This document shows positions 13,757-27,408 of a stretch of 64,000 nucleotides of DNA, one piece after another. This DNA is from Eledone cirrhosa. Its lineage: Eukaryota. A program made the position numbers and the translations under genes. Below the pieces are notes generated by a model. That model had not been told where the DNA came from, made no database searches, and saw only the letters and a list, made by a program, of their open reading frames with translations. Numbering within the stretch: the first letter of the stretch is position 1; each line of letters opens with the position of its first letter. The stretch spans positions 146,134,001-146,198,000 of the forward strand of contig OZ024742.1 of the NCBI GenBank assembly GCA_964016885.1, read 5' to 3'.

Positions 13757-14334
13757 CCCTTTAGTACTTAAACCAGCCGTATCCGGCCAGAATTCTTCTC
13801 ACCTCTCTCTCTGTTCAAACCAGCTGTAATCGACTATTCATACAGATGTTAGTTTATTGTTCTCAAAATAAATAATATCAACATCACATAGATTCGATAT
13901 TATGTGAGATAATTATGTGAGGTAAAGCCTTTACCATGAAAATACAATAGTATATATAAAATAATTGTTTCTACTTTTGGCACAAGGCCAGCAATTATCC
14001 CAGTGCATTACTGGTACTTTATTTTATCGACCCAGTAAGGATGAAAGGCAAAGTTAACCTAGGCGGGATTTGAACTCAGAATGGCAAGGGCCGTAACTCT
14101 ATGCATCAAAATAATTGTTTCTACTTTAGGCACAAGGCCAGCAATTACACAGTTCATTACTGGTACTTTATTTTATCGACCCCGTAAGGATGAAAGGCAA
14201 AGTAAACCTCGGCGGGATTTGAACTCAGACCGTAAAGGGACGTAACTATGCTGGAAAGCATGGCGTCCGACTCTCTACCGATACTGCCAATCCACCGCCC
14301 TTCTATGCATCAAAATAATGTAAATGCTAAAGGG
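13757..14334. mobile_element. piggyBac-type MITE carrying two nested SINEs
   Basis: TTAA|CCCTTTAG...CTAAAGGG|TTAA; an uninterrupted homologue lies at 37446-37668. Confidence 0.75.
14111..14300 (-). mobile_element. tRNA-derived SINE, family 1 (full-length reference copy)
   Basis: A-box TGGCAGTATCGG and B-box GAGTTCAAATCC; TSD ctatgcatcaaaataat. Further copies at about 2935-3120(+), 8893-9063(-), 13961-14105(-), 18545-18765(-), 56080-56253(+), 56273-56450(-), 57684-57868(-) and 58925-59008(+). Confidence 0.85.
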
Positions 14335-14496
14335 TTAAAGTGGTTAGTGCTAGGAAGGACATCCAGTAACAGATACCATGTGAAGAATGGAATATATATG
14401 TGTCATATAGTTTCCAGACCTGTCTAGAATGGCAGTAACCCTGATTAAGAATTATGTTAGACTGTAACAACCTGTTTAACACAAGCCAGCATGAAA

Positions 14497-14509
14497 AATG
14501 ATGATGATA

Positions 14510-14548
<39 letters not shown>

Positions 14549-14688
14549 CCAATGATGATGATGAATGATGAAAATGATGATAGTTATGATGATGATGATG
14601 ATGTGAAGGGTGATGATGGTGATGATGATGGTTATGACAATATGGATGAAAATGATGATAATTATGATGGTGGTGGTGGTGGTGATGG

Positions 14689-14732
<44 letters not shown>

Positions 14733-16250
14733 GTGATGATGGTGATGATGATGATGATGATGGTGATGATGATGGTTATGAAGCAAGGTAGACTAGGTTG
14801 CAATCCTACCATCAAAGTAGATAAAAATACATATTTTGGAGGCAATGATAAGCAATATTTATCAGTATTTATTGATAATTGATTATAGATGTATCGAAAT
14901 CAATATTTCTGTTCTTTATGTCATGCATAGTTAGCATGTTTAGTGTCACATTTAATGTTTTTAAGAGAGGAGGTAATTGTTTTACCACATCATGGGAAAG
15001 TGATGGTGGTGGTGGTGATGATGGTGGTGGTGGTAGTGATGATGGTGGTGGTGGTAGTGATGATGGTGATGGTAGTGATGATGGTGGTGGTGGTAGTGAT
15101 GATGGTGGTGGTGGTAGTGATGATGGTGGTGGTGGTAGTGATGATGGTGGTGGTGGTAGTGATGATGGTGGTGGTGGTAGTGATGATGGTGGTGGTGGTA
15201 GTGGTGATGGTAGTGATGATGGTGGTGGCGGTAGTGATGATGGTGGAGGTGGTAGTGATGATGGTGGTGGTGGTAGTGATGATGGTGGTGGTGGTAGTGG
15301 TGATGGTTGTGATGATGATGTTGGTGGTGGTGGTGATGGTAGTGATGGTGGTGGTGGTGGTGATGAAAGTGATGGTAGTGATGATGGTGGTGGTGGTAGT
15401 GATGATGGTGGTGGTGGTGGTGGTGGTGGTGATGGTTGTGATGATGATGTTGGTTGTGGTGGTGATGGTAGTGATGGTGGTGGTGGTGGTGATGGAAGTG
15501 ATGGTAGTGATGATGGTGGTGGTGGTGATGATGGTGGTGGTGGTAGTGATGATGGTGGTGGTGGTAGTGGTGATGGTAGTGATGATGGTGGTGGCGGTGG
15601 TGGTAGTGATGATGGTGGTAGTGGTGGTGGCGGTGGTAATGATGATGATGGTGGTGGTGGTGATGGTAGTGATTATGGTGGTGGTGGTGGTGGTGGTGGT
15701 GATGGAAGTGATGGTAGTGATGGTAGTGATGATAGTGGGGGTAGTGATGGTGGTGGTGGTGGTAGTGATGATGGTGGTAGTGGTGGTGGTGGTAATGATG
15801 ATGATGGTGGTGGTGGTGGTGGTGATGATGGTGATGATGGTGGAGGTAGTGATGATGGTGGTGGTGGTGATGGTAGGGATGATGGTGGTGGTGATGGTAG
15901 TAATGATGGTAGTGATGATGGTGGGGGTGGTGATGGTAGTGATGATGGTGGTGGTGGTGATGGTGGTAGTGATGATGGTGGGGGTAGTGATGATGATGAT
16001 GGTGGTGTTGTTGTTGGTGGTGGTGGTGGTGGTGATGGTAGTGAGGATGATGATGTTGGTTGTGGTGGTGATAGTAGTGATGATGGAGGTGGTGGTGGTG
16101 ATGGTAGTGATGATGATGGTGGTGGTGGTAGTGAGGATTATGGTGCTGATGCCAAGGCAGTAATAGTGATGATGGTGATGATAGTAGTTGTGCTGAGGAT
16201 AACGATGATGATGGTGGCAAGGATGGTGATGATGATGATGATGATGATAT
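14497..16250. repeat. (GAT)/(GGT) trinucleotide low-complexity array with a 21-nt higher-order unit
   Basis: ggtggtggtggtagtgatgat is repeated near-perfectly at 15030-15200 and decays outward. Confidence 0.95.
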
Positions 16251-16331
16251 TGATCAAAATGAAGGAAGAGCCGAAATTTAATTTGAAATGCTAGGTAAAT
16301 GTTATTGTCGTACATATGACATTTGCAACAA

Positions 16332-16415
<84 letters not shown>

Positions 16416-17142
16416 GCTTTAGGTAATAACAGGGAAATATGTAGTAAACCATATCACTAATGGTAAAGGGGGAGGGTTGATATATACAGAGCAGCAACTG
16501 ACAGCTCTAAGATAATGATGGTGGTGGTGGTGGTGCTTGTGATGATAGTGAGGAGAGTGCTTGCTGACAGTGATGGTGGTGGTAATGATGGTGAAAATAT
16601 TTTTTAAATAATTGAAATTTGATAAAATCTACAAGTTATACTAATAAGCAAAGACAATAAAATATTTATCTTGTCAATTCGTTTAAATGAATTAATTTCA
16701 GAATTGAAAGCAACGTGAGCTGCCAGAATTGTAAGAACTATTAGAATCACTAGAATATAGGAGAATGCTGGGTTCAAATCCTGCTGAAGTTGATTTTGCC
16801 TTTCAAATATGATTGATAAAATAAAATTGCAGATTAGGTCAGTGGATTTGCAGAACTGGTAGAACATCAGATAGAGTGCCTTGTGGTTTTTGTTTTATCT
16901 CTTTGTACTCCAAATCCAAATTACACTGTGGACTATCTGGATGGTAGACTTAATCCCTTGCCCAGTCTCAACCACCACAACCTCCTTCTCCTGTCCTTGG
17001 ATGCTTTTATCTGATTCCATTTGATCTAGATTTTTACTTTGAGAATATTTTCCTCGTTCCTTCCCCCCATCCAGTATAAAAATATAAATAAAATAAAATA
17101 AAAAGAACACAGAAAAAGAAAACAATAAATCAATGAACTTAC

Positions 17143-17298
17143 AGTTCTTTTCATCACTGTTGTCAAGTGCTGCACAATTTGGTATTTTATTGCACCTTAA
17201 AGAACTGTCGATGCAGTATTGGGGAATATTCTCACATTCAGGGCTTCCACTCAGTGTACATCCCTTTGAACCTTGACACAGAAAGCCCATACATGGAC
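17143..17298 (-). CDS. Host gene exon D: LDL-receptor class A module
   Basis: Acceptor aatatttcag| and donor |gtaagt; 156 nt, phase 1/1. Reads (G)PCMGFLCQGSKGCTLSGSPECENIPQYCIDSSLRCNKIPNCAALDNSDEKN(C), with the LDLa F.C...CI....C.....C...D.SDE..C signature. Confidence 0.88.
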
Positions 17299-19661
17299 CT
17301 GAAATATTTTGAAACCAAGAAATTAAAAAATACATTAGGATTTCATAATAATCAAATTGTTATGGTAACTTTTAAAGCCAATAGATACAGCCTATATAAA
17401 GCCTATGTATTTAGAGTGTACTTCCATTAATTTCAACAATGAGTGTTCTAATTGTTTGATCAATGGATCAGCATGCTCATGAAATTAACGTGCAAGTGGC
17501 TGTGTATTCCACAAATATATATGGACCATTAACATAATTCTCAGAGAGATTCAATGTAACTCAGTGTGACAAGGATAATCCATTTGACAGGCTTCAAAAC
17601 AATTTCCAAATGCTCAATTTCACTCACAATGATTGGGTCCACTTACCCAAAATAGCACACAGTAGGATCGAATCGGGGACCTTATGATCGTGAAGCAAGC
17701 TTCTTTACCATTTGGCTATGCTATATACACATGAATATAGTGTACAGAGTCAGCAGCAGTCAGAAATACTATTAAAACCAACATCAAAAACACATTATGA
17801 TGAATGTTGTTAATTTAACACTTGGATGAAATAAATGAATGTTTTTAGCATTCCAATTTTTTGCAGAGGTTTCTACAGTTAGATGACTTTCTTAATGCTA
17901 ACCACTTTATAAAGTGTACTGGGTACATTTTTTCATGGAATGAACATTGGAGAGGTTGTCATGTCCCTGATATGTCAAAAGAGGCCTCTAGACCCTACAG
18001 AGTATCCACGGTGCATTTTATCATGCCACCAGCACTAGAGTGGTTGTCTTATCCACTGCATGGCTAAAGAGAGATCTTCACCATCCAATGAAATTTATTT
18101 TACATAACACAATGAAGTATTATTTATGACTCATTATCATCATCCTCATCACCATTTAATGTCTATTTTTCTACACTTATATGGCTAAGGCAAGTTGTCA
18201 GATGAGACAATTCAGGTCATGTGACCATGTCATGCTTATACAGACCTGTATTTTGGGTTGGTTTCTATGAGTGAATGCTCTTCCTAATGCCAACCATATT
18301 ACAGTGTAGTCTGTGTGCTTTTTATTGTGTCACCAAAAACCATCTAACATTTAACAGAGTGAACTGGGTGTTTTTTTGTGTCACCAACACAACTGTCTTA
18401 CATTATGTCACTCAAGACCAGTTCTTTGTTTTCTTTTTATGATAGGACTTGGGCCCCTATAATTAAAGCACCTAAGAGACCTCCTATGACATGTAGCTAT
18501 GTGGAAAGCTAGTGGTACCTATGTGTGAACTGTATCAACAACAATAATGGTTTCTGATTTAGGCATGAGGCCAGCAAATTTGGGGGAGGGGAAAGTCGAT
18601 TAAATTGACCCCAGTGCATTACTGGTACTTTATTTCATCGACCCCCATAAGGATGAAAAGCAAAGCTAACCTTGGCAGGGTTTAAACTCAGAACTTGAAG
18701 GGCCATAACTCTATGCCACAAAACATGGTGTCCAGCACTTTACCGATACTGCCAATCCACAGCCCTTGTATCAACAACAATAATAATTGCAATATCAACA
18801 ATAACTACTTTAGTTTCACTCATGCAACATTTTTATATATAGCAATAAGATGATATTAAACCAAATTAAGCAGAGGGAGTCCTGCCTGAGGAAGGAGCTC
18901 TGTGAGATGGAATGGTTGATGTAACAGGTGTTGCTAACTCTTCTCTGCAGCAATGCTTTCACTATTTTGTCAGTGGGGTGGAACTGAGATATACCACCCA
19001 GCCAAGTGGGTTTACTCCCTCCCCCTTTTCTCCCCCTATTTTTCTTTTTCTCTCTTTTTTTGGCGTTTGCTTAGTTGATAATTGATTTGTTATTGAATAG
19101 GGTTCTTCTTCTTGCACGTTTTCTTGAGTGGCTCATGGGGGCAAAATCTTCAGACATGCCTTCCAGAATGTCCTGTCTGAAGCAATTGATTCCAATTGAT
19201 CTAGTTGGATTTTCAAGTGAGACCAACCAAGTTCATCGATGTTACCCAATCATCTTGCTTATGGTCTACATCTGACCCTCCTGTCGGTTGGCTTTGTCCA
19301 TAAAATTTGTCCAACAATTCCTTCTTTAGACATTCTAGCCCCATTTTCATAGTACTGAAGCTGTGATCTCTTGATGCAGAGAAGTAGCAGCACCAACTTG
19401 AGTGACTTCCTGATCTCTAAGCTATGCACCTATCAAGTAACATTACTCCAAAGACCCTTTGAAGGAACACATTTCAGCCACTTGTATTTACAATTGTATT
19501 CTTTTGGTCATTACCCAAGATTCATGTCCATAGATAAGGACAAGCACAAACACTGAATTGAAGATAGTGAGTTGTGCTTTTACAACTACAGTTAAAAATT
19601 AAAATTGTATAATAAAAAAATAGTGTTATATTAAATAAGAGTGAAATAGTATTATATTTAC

Positions 19662-19741
19662 CATCTTCTGCTGTTTTAACAGCTGACCATGCCAGCTTAA
19701 AGCCACCATCTTTTTTCTGATTGTCTTGACCGACGATAAAT
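19662..19741 (-). CDS. Host gene exon C: C-terminal part of the CUB domain
   Basis: Acceptor ttcttacag| and donor |gtaaat; 80 nt, phase 2/1. Completes the AG+A Arg codon from exon B and reads FIVGQDNQKKDGGFKLAWSAVKTAED, the CUB terminal RF......GF.L.W motif. Confidence 0.85.
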
Positions 19742-20073
19742 CTGTAAGAATAGATATGAAAAAAATAGAATATTATCACTCCAAGCTTCAGTTTCAGTTG
19801 TTGTTATAGGCTCATCCCTTTTAATAAATATAAAACACTGAAAAAAAAATGATAGTTTTAGACATTACAAGCTCTTTTCTTTTAATAAATATGAAACACT
19901 GAAAATAAATCGATAGCTCAGTTAATAAAATGTTCATTACTTCAGAGTATCCATTGGCCAGTCCACTGGGGCTATGGGGCAGCCAGCACGTGGGTCCCCA
20001 GAGAGATGGCGAGAGTGGGAGAGACAGAGGCAGTGACAATGGGAGTTTGGTTATTTTGTCTTTGGATCTGGTG

Positions 20074-20157
<84 letters not shown>

Positions 20158-21119
20158 TATATATATATATGTTTCACAGACACACACATACATCTTAGGT
20201 ACATTAGCTGATTACATTTCATTCAATTATCTACAAATTTCTACTGTAAAGATTATAATGAATTTTAGATGGATATTTTTAATGTCCTGTACCCCATGAA
20301 ACAGCCACACAAACTATAAAAGAAAAGTAGATACTGGGAACACAAAGAAGAGGTTATTTGGGATAAGTCCCAGCAATATCACTGTACATTGTATTATCGT
20401 CTTTTCTACTGTCCCTAAAAAAACATGGTCTCAACTGTATGGACTTACAAAACAGTAACCAGTTATTTACAGACTCTTCCCTCTGTTGACAGGAACTCAC
20501 CTCAATAATGCTACTTATGGTACATCGTCTCAGCTACCTGAACTGAGACAATATTGATTTTCCTGTATGTCCATTGATATTATCTGTTCATCTTTTTCTT
20601 AGTGTACCTCTCTCTCTCTCCCCTCCCACTTCCAGAGTTACTTGTAGAATGGTTTATGCAGAGGCAATTGGATCTTGTTACATGGCCATATAATGTCAGC
20701 TTTCTCTTTTTCATTGCTGTAAGGCCTTGATGGGAGCCAATATAATGTAGGATGCTTTGTGGACCTGCTTGTTTGTGATGTGGTCTGTGTGGTTTTATTG
20801 ATATAAAAGTCGATAATTATCAAAGAAATAAATCGGTCCAAATGAATAGTTAGATATCAGAAACAGCAATTATTACATTGCAATTATATAATAAATATGA
20901 TTCTGATATAGGAATTGGTGAGAAAATATGAGTTTGATATGTCATATTAGAAAAATAATAAATATTTACTTTATTATAGCTGTCTAATAACGGATTGCTT
21001 GGTTGATGTGTGGAATAAACTGAAAACATTAACTTTAATAATTGTTATTGATTTCATACTTAGATGATAGAAATGCAATATTCTGTAAAGGAATATATTA
21101 CAGTTGATTGATTGAATCA

Positions 21120-21765
21120 ACCATCAACCACCACCTGGTCCTTGGGTATTTTTAGTGGAGTCCATTAAAATGGTAGACCTGAACTGCTGTCTGGTTTACC
21201 CCTTTTGATATTAATGCTCCCAGAACTGCTTCTGGTTCAATGAAACCACCCATTTTAATGGGTTTCTGTTTAAATCAAACTTTTCAATATTATAACCTTT
21301 TGTTAATGTTTTGTTACAAACCCCATTTTAGTTATGAAATAATAATTTGAGAAAATCCCTCCCAATTCTTTATACAAATACAGTGTACTCCAGTAGAAAT
21401 GTGGTAACAAGAGGGTTAACACCACTGCCTGGTCCTTGGGTGCTTTTAGTGGAATCCACTAGGGTAATAAATGTAAGCTGTCATCTGGTTTAACACCACC
21501 AGCTGGCTGCTGGGTACCTTTAATGGAGTCCCCTAGGGTTGTAAACATAAGCTATCCCCTGGTTTAACACCACCACCAGACCATTGGTTACCTTTTGTAG
21601 GGTTCAATTTGTTTGGAGGTAGTCTTAATCTGTCACCTTGTCATTGGGTACTTTAATGGAATCTACTCTTCTTGTTGGATGGTAGATTTAATGTCACCTG
21701 GTCAATAGGTATTTTTAGTAGAGTCTGCTCTGCTGGAAGCATTTTGACCAGGTCCCTGGTTTGAG
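21120..21765. repeat. Degenerate tandem repeat with units of about 65-75 bp
   Basis: Recurrent accacc.cctggtc.ttgggta.ttttagtggagtc...ctggttta motif. Confidence 0.5.
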
Positions 21766-22447
21766 ATCAACTTTCTTCTCCCCTTTCACCAATCTCAGAG
21801 GCCTGATAAAAGGTCATGAGCACTGCCTTTCCCTCTCTGTCTAAAATGGTATTACAGGAATATATATTATCTTAGCGATTCTGAAGGAATGAAATGAAAA
21901 GTGAAATTCCCTTGAGTGAAATTTCAACCATGTATACATTGAGACTGAACCCAAATATGAAAAGATCAAATTGTGCTGCAGTCATCAACATTGCATTCTA
22001 ACATTTTAAAAACAAATCAATAGACCAAGAAACATACATGCAGAAGAATCAATATAATTGAATATAATCTCCCTCTTCTGTCAATATTTGGTATTCTAGC
22101 TAAATAAGAAATCAATAATCAAAAATATATTCTTTCTTTGCCAATGTCTGTAAACTGTGTGGAAATGTCCAATTTTACAGATATGTTCTTCACGTGATGA
22201 CAACAAGGAGTTTTGATGACTTCAATGGAATTATATACTTAAGTTATTTACTAGCTATATAAAAGTCTGTATGAATAGAAGTATATATTGAAACCTATAA
22301 ACAATATGTTTACAATATATACAATATGTTTCTGCATAATGAACATATTGAAATTGTTTCCATATATGTCCCTATTCTGAATCATACTGTGTTAGTACTA
22401 CTGCTAATACTCTACATCATTTTAAACACTCCTCTGGAGAGGATCTA

Positions 22448-22493
<46 letters not shown>

Positions 22494-22846
22494 TAAAAGG
22501 AAAAGAAAATGCTGACAAATTGTTCCCAGTGAAAAATAGTTTAATTAGGAATAAGTAAAAATTAGTAATAAGTATTGGTTAGTATTCAGTTTTGGTTTTA
22601 AGTTTTTACCGGTTGCGCATTTCTAATGCTTTTCAAAAATAATTTTGAGATAGAGCGCCCGTGATGTTTGCTCTAATCTGATTAGTTTTGGAAATTCTAC
22701 CTGTTTTATGTGAAAAAAGGGGCTCCAGATGTATTAAAATAAGTTTTGCGCCAATTCGTGTTGCAAAAATTCTTGTGGTCAAAACAATTTTGATTGGTCG
22801 GTAGAGGTCATGTGAATGTTAAAAATTGAATGTTAGAAATTGAGTA

Positions 22847-22889
22847 ACAATCAACATGTTTCTGGGTCATTACCCTTCATCAGGACTGT
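22847..22889 (-). ncRNA. Minimal Penelope-type hammerhead ribozyme
   Basis: acaguc-CUGAUGA-a-gggu(aaug)accc-a-GAAA-caug-UU-gauugu; loop 3 is the palindrome CAUG. Confidence 0.75.
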
Positions 22890-23099
22890 ATACCTCTGCC
22901 AATCTGTTGAACTGTTGAAAATATATAGTTTTTTCTTAAGTACACATCGGCTGTGTAGCCTCATTTGCATACCATGTGTGTGTGTATATATATATATATA
23001 TAAATGAAGTAATTCCGTCGGAAAGGTACAGGAAAAAAGAGTGGTCTATGTAGGTTACAGAGCTTATTAGTTATGTAATAAACAACATAAGATAATTAT

Positions 23100-23157
23100 T
23101 TCATTTACCAGTGGTTTCTTGAAAGCAGATATATCTGTTTTCAGTCGTCAGAATGAA
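23100..23157 (-). ncRNA. Hammerhead ribozyme motif
   Basis: uucauu-CUGACGA-c-ugaaa-a-cagauauaucug-c-uuuca-a-GAAA-ccacugg-UA-aaugaa. Confidence 0.75.
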
Positions 23158-23599
23158 TAAAACATGGTGTTTTTATTAAATATGGATTTGAAAACAAAAT
23201 ATAAGAAATATGAAAGTGAGGCTGAGGAAACAACGAGCGAAAAAGAAGGGAAAAAAAGAATATATATATTCCCCCCTACTTTCTACCTTACCCTTTACAC
23301 ATACACACCCACCACCTTTATCCTTTACTCAGTTCACTCTTTATCCAGATACTCTGATCTAGATCTCATCCCATACCTTTTACAACATTTTTCCCTGACC
23401 TATTCTTAATAATTGCGTTTATTATTTCAATTTTACTCCCCTCTTGTCCTCACTTGCCCACTAGGTTTTTATGTTCTCACATAGGGCTGTGTGCGGATGC
23501 ATTCGCAGACAGACTCATGTGTACTTACATTTATAGTATTTTGATTATTTTTTTGTACATGTGTGTGTGTGTTTGTGTGTATTTGTGTATGTGGGCGTG

Positions 23600-23635
<36 letters not shown>

Positions 23636-23636
<1 letters not shown>

Positions 23637-24570
23637 TAGCAGCAGTACCCAGCGTTGCCTGGTTAGGTAAAATAATATCTGCTTTGATGAAAAGGTGTTG
23701 ATCTTAGCGACTACGAGTTTCTTGAAAATCGGTCGTAAGGTGTAGCAAATGGCGAAATGTTGAGAGAAATCGTATGGAATATGTGGGAGATGGAAAAAAA
23801 TCGTATTTTGAAGAGTTAAACGGCTGCCATGCCATCCCTGAACAAAAAATGCAACGTGTAAAGCTACTATAAGATGTGCAATGACAGATTCTATCGTAGT
23901 ATACAAGATGAACCAAATAAATTGATTTATGTGTCAGGTGGAGCCGAAGTTTCGAATTTGAACGAAATCGGTTGAAAAATGTGGGAGCTAATGATAGGTT
24001 CAATCGTAGTATAAAAGTTGAACCAAATAAAATTGTTTAAATATTTTCGAATATTTAAGCGCTTGCCACGCCGTTCCTGAACAAAAAATCCAAAATGTAA
24101 AGCCACTTTAAGACGTGAAATAATCAGATCTAGGGTAGTGTAAAATTTGAACAAAGTAGGTTGATTAATTTGGGAGCTAGAGCCGAAAAGACGGAAATTT
24201 GAGTCTAAAAGTGGTATTTTTGAATATTTAAGCGGCTGCCCTGAACAATAAATGCAAAATATAAAGCCATTACAGGATGTGCAATGATAAATTCTATTTT
24301 GCTTTAAAATTTGAACGAAATCGGTGGCAAAATGTAGGAGCTAGAGCCAAAAATCTTATTTTTCGATACCTAAAAAAAGGTGACTCCCTATCGATTTTTA
24401 TCTGCCGAATGACCCCGGAATAAAAAAAAACGATACGCTGATATATAGAAAACACTTCCCGATGACTAATCTATGAGCCTGTAAAGTTTCATGAAAATCG
24501 GTCGTAAGATGTAGGCCCCTATAGGTAATACACAGACACACACACATATTTAATTTTATATATATACAGA
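23636..24570 (-). mobile_element. Non-autonomous Helitron
   Basis: The minus strand begins A|TCTGTATATATATAAAATT and ends with the hairpin ccag-gcaacg-ctgg followed by ...CTAG|T; no TSD; internal degenerate sub-repeats (gaaatcggt..., cctgaacaaaaaat). Confidence 0.75.
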
Positions 24571-24718
24571 TATATATATATATGTATGTATATGTATGTA
24601 TGTGTGTGTATATGTATGTATGCGTATATATGTATGTATGTGTACGTATGTATATGTGTATGTATGTGTGTGTATATATATATGTGTGTGTGTGTGTATA
24701 TATGTGTGCGTATGTAAT

Positions 24719-24762
<44 letters not shown>

Positions 24763-24801
24763 GTATATATATATATATGCGTGCGTATGTATTTGTATAT
24801 A

Positions 24802-24896
<95 letters not shown>

Positions 24897-25649
24897 ATGT
24901 GTTTGTATGTATTTTTTTTATTTATGTGTGTGAGTTTATTTATGTTTATATTATACTTATATATGGTTCTATCTATGTGTTTACGTTTATAGTTGTGTGT
25001 ACGCAGTTGTATATAGGCCTTTGTTTTTTGTCTGTATAGTCTTTCGTATGGTTTTGTCTGCGTGTGTTCTTTACGTGCGAGTGCGCGCACGCATGTGGTT
25101 ACGTCCTTGGCTCTTTTTGTAGGGTTTATGTGTGCATTAGTATATTTGGTTGTATGCTTATTTTCATACGTGTGTATATGGATTTTTTGCACGCTTGTGT
25201 ATGTGGATGTATGTTTATTTTATAAATTATATTTTTGTGTATTTGGTTAAGAGGTGCCTACTGACTGTAGGTTAACTTTGCACGTAGGGAAGGCAGGTCT
25301 TCTGTATTACTGTGTGATGTCAAAGATCTCGATCCAGTTATATTGTCTTAAAGGGGTGCAAGTGGGCAAGGTTGGAATTTACCATGTCGTCTCAGGTTTT
25401 TCTGGGTCTACCTACTCCGTAACTTCCATCAATTTTGATCGCCCTGCACTTTTTATATATACATATATATGTGCGTGTGTGTGTGTGTATGTATGTATGT
25501 GTGTATGCATACTTACATTTATGTATCAGCTGTGCTCGGGCGAGAAATAAAATTCTAATTTTATTATATATAGATATATATAACTCTATTCGATTTGTGA
25601 TGTTTTTGCATTCTTGCAAAAATATACACAACTGAATTCATTCACCTGA

Positions 25650-26055
25650 TATAGGGGTTGCCTCCTTTGCCGATCCCCACGTGGGGTCAGCAATAGTCAG
25701 TCCTTGTATTAACATTGAACTAAAACCTGTTGAGAAAGTGGCTTCCTTGTTCAATCATCTTACCAGAAGCCTGACATTATTTATGTAAGCGGACGGTACT
25801 TGATTTAGGAGCCGCAGAAACCCATATACTGGATTTTACCAACCTTCCAGGGGTCCGGGTAAATTTTCAATACCCGAATTACTTGATCGTTTTTTTTTGG
25901 CTATGCGAATGATTGTTTAACCATCGTCTCAGTGTGTTTGGCCTTTAACGTTTGTTACAGCTCTGGTTCATCTGAATCATTGAGCACTTGCCGCACATCT
26001 CGGAAGTTGTTTTACGTTATTTCGTGGGCCGAAATGCGAATCTCGATAATTTATG
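25650..26055. mobile_element. Unclassified dispersed repeat of about 400 bp (second copy 58780-59295)
   Basis: Both copies start gttgcctcc.ttgccga..ccacgtggggtcag.aatagtca and end at (TA)n; copy 2 carries a SINE fragment with duplicated taagcgg flanks. Confidence 0.75.
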
Positions 26056-26806
26056 TTTGTTTTTTTATATATATATATATATATACAGATATGTGTCTGA
26101 GCATACACACACACACACAAAGTGGAGCTTCTGGGCTCCCAGACAATTTGAGGGTCTGCTGCTCACTTATATATGACCAATGTTCTACCAAATACATTTT
26201 ATTGTGACACTGTCACAAGTGAATTTGTCATGTTATTGACAATACTAAAGGTCCTCCCAACCCTTTGTTTGGCAAGCTTTCTATGGCTGGATGTCCTTCC
26301 AATCACCAACAACTTTACAGCCTGTACTGGATCTGTCTATAGTGTTAATCATCAACACAAGAGAGGTTGTCGTGTCTTTGACACAATTGAAAGGTCCTCC
26401 TAAACCTTTGTTTGGCAAGCTTGCTATGGTTGGATGCCTTTCTTATCACCAACTACTTTACACTGTATAGTGGGTGTGTTTATCTTGTTGAACATCAACA
26501 CTAGAGAGGTTATCACCTGTTGACACACGTGAATGTCATCCAACCCTTTTCAGCATGCCTTCTACAGTCAGGTGTTCTTCCTGTCACCCACCACCTTACA
26601 AGTTGTACTGGATGCATTTTGGGGGCATCAACACTACAGAGGTTGTTGGGCATTTTCCCAACAACCTCTGTAGTGCCATCTCTGCTCTGTGGGGTTGTGG
26701 AAGTTGAGTATTTATATTAACAGTTTGACATAACTCTACATGGAGGTGTCAAGATAAAAATACATCTAAATCATCAGGTGATTTAGATGTATTTTCATCT
26801 TGAAAC

Positions 26807-27408
<602 letters not shown>

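Noticed and set aside
14111-14300. tRNA genes suggested by A and B boxes
   Set aside because: The boxes are SINE heads: multi-copy, no cloverleaf, followed by SINE body and TSD
14327-16315. Long ORFs (406-471 aa) rich in Gly/Asp, Val/Met, His or Thr; possible mucin-like exon of the host gene
   Set aside because: All arise from a (GGT/GAT) trinucleotide array that is open in several frames on both strands; no convincing phase-compatible splice sites
20638-20841. Minus-strand ORF in the host intron
   Set aside because: Another frame reads KKRKLTLYGHVTRS, a decayed RTE C-terminus; 19100-19520 is similar
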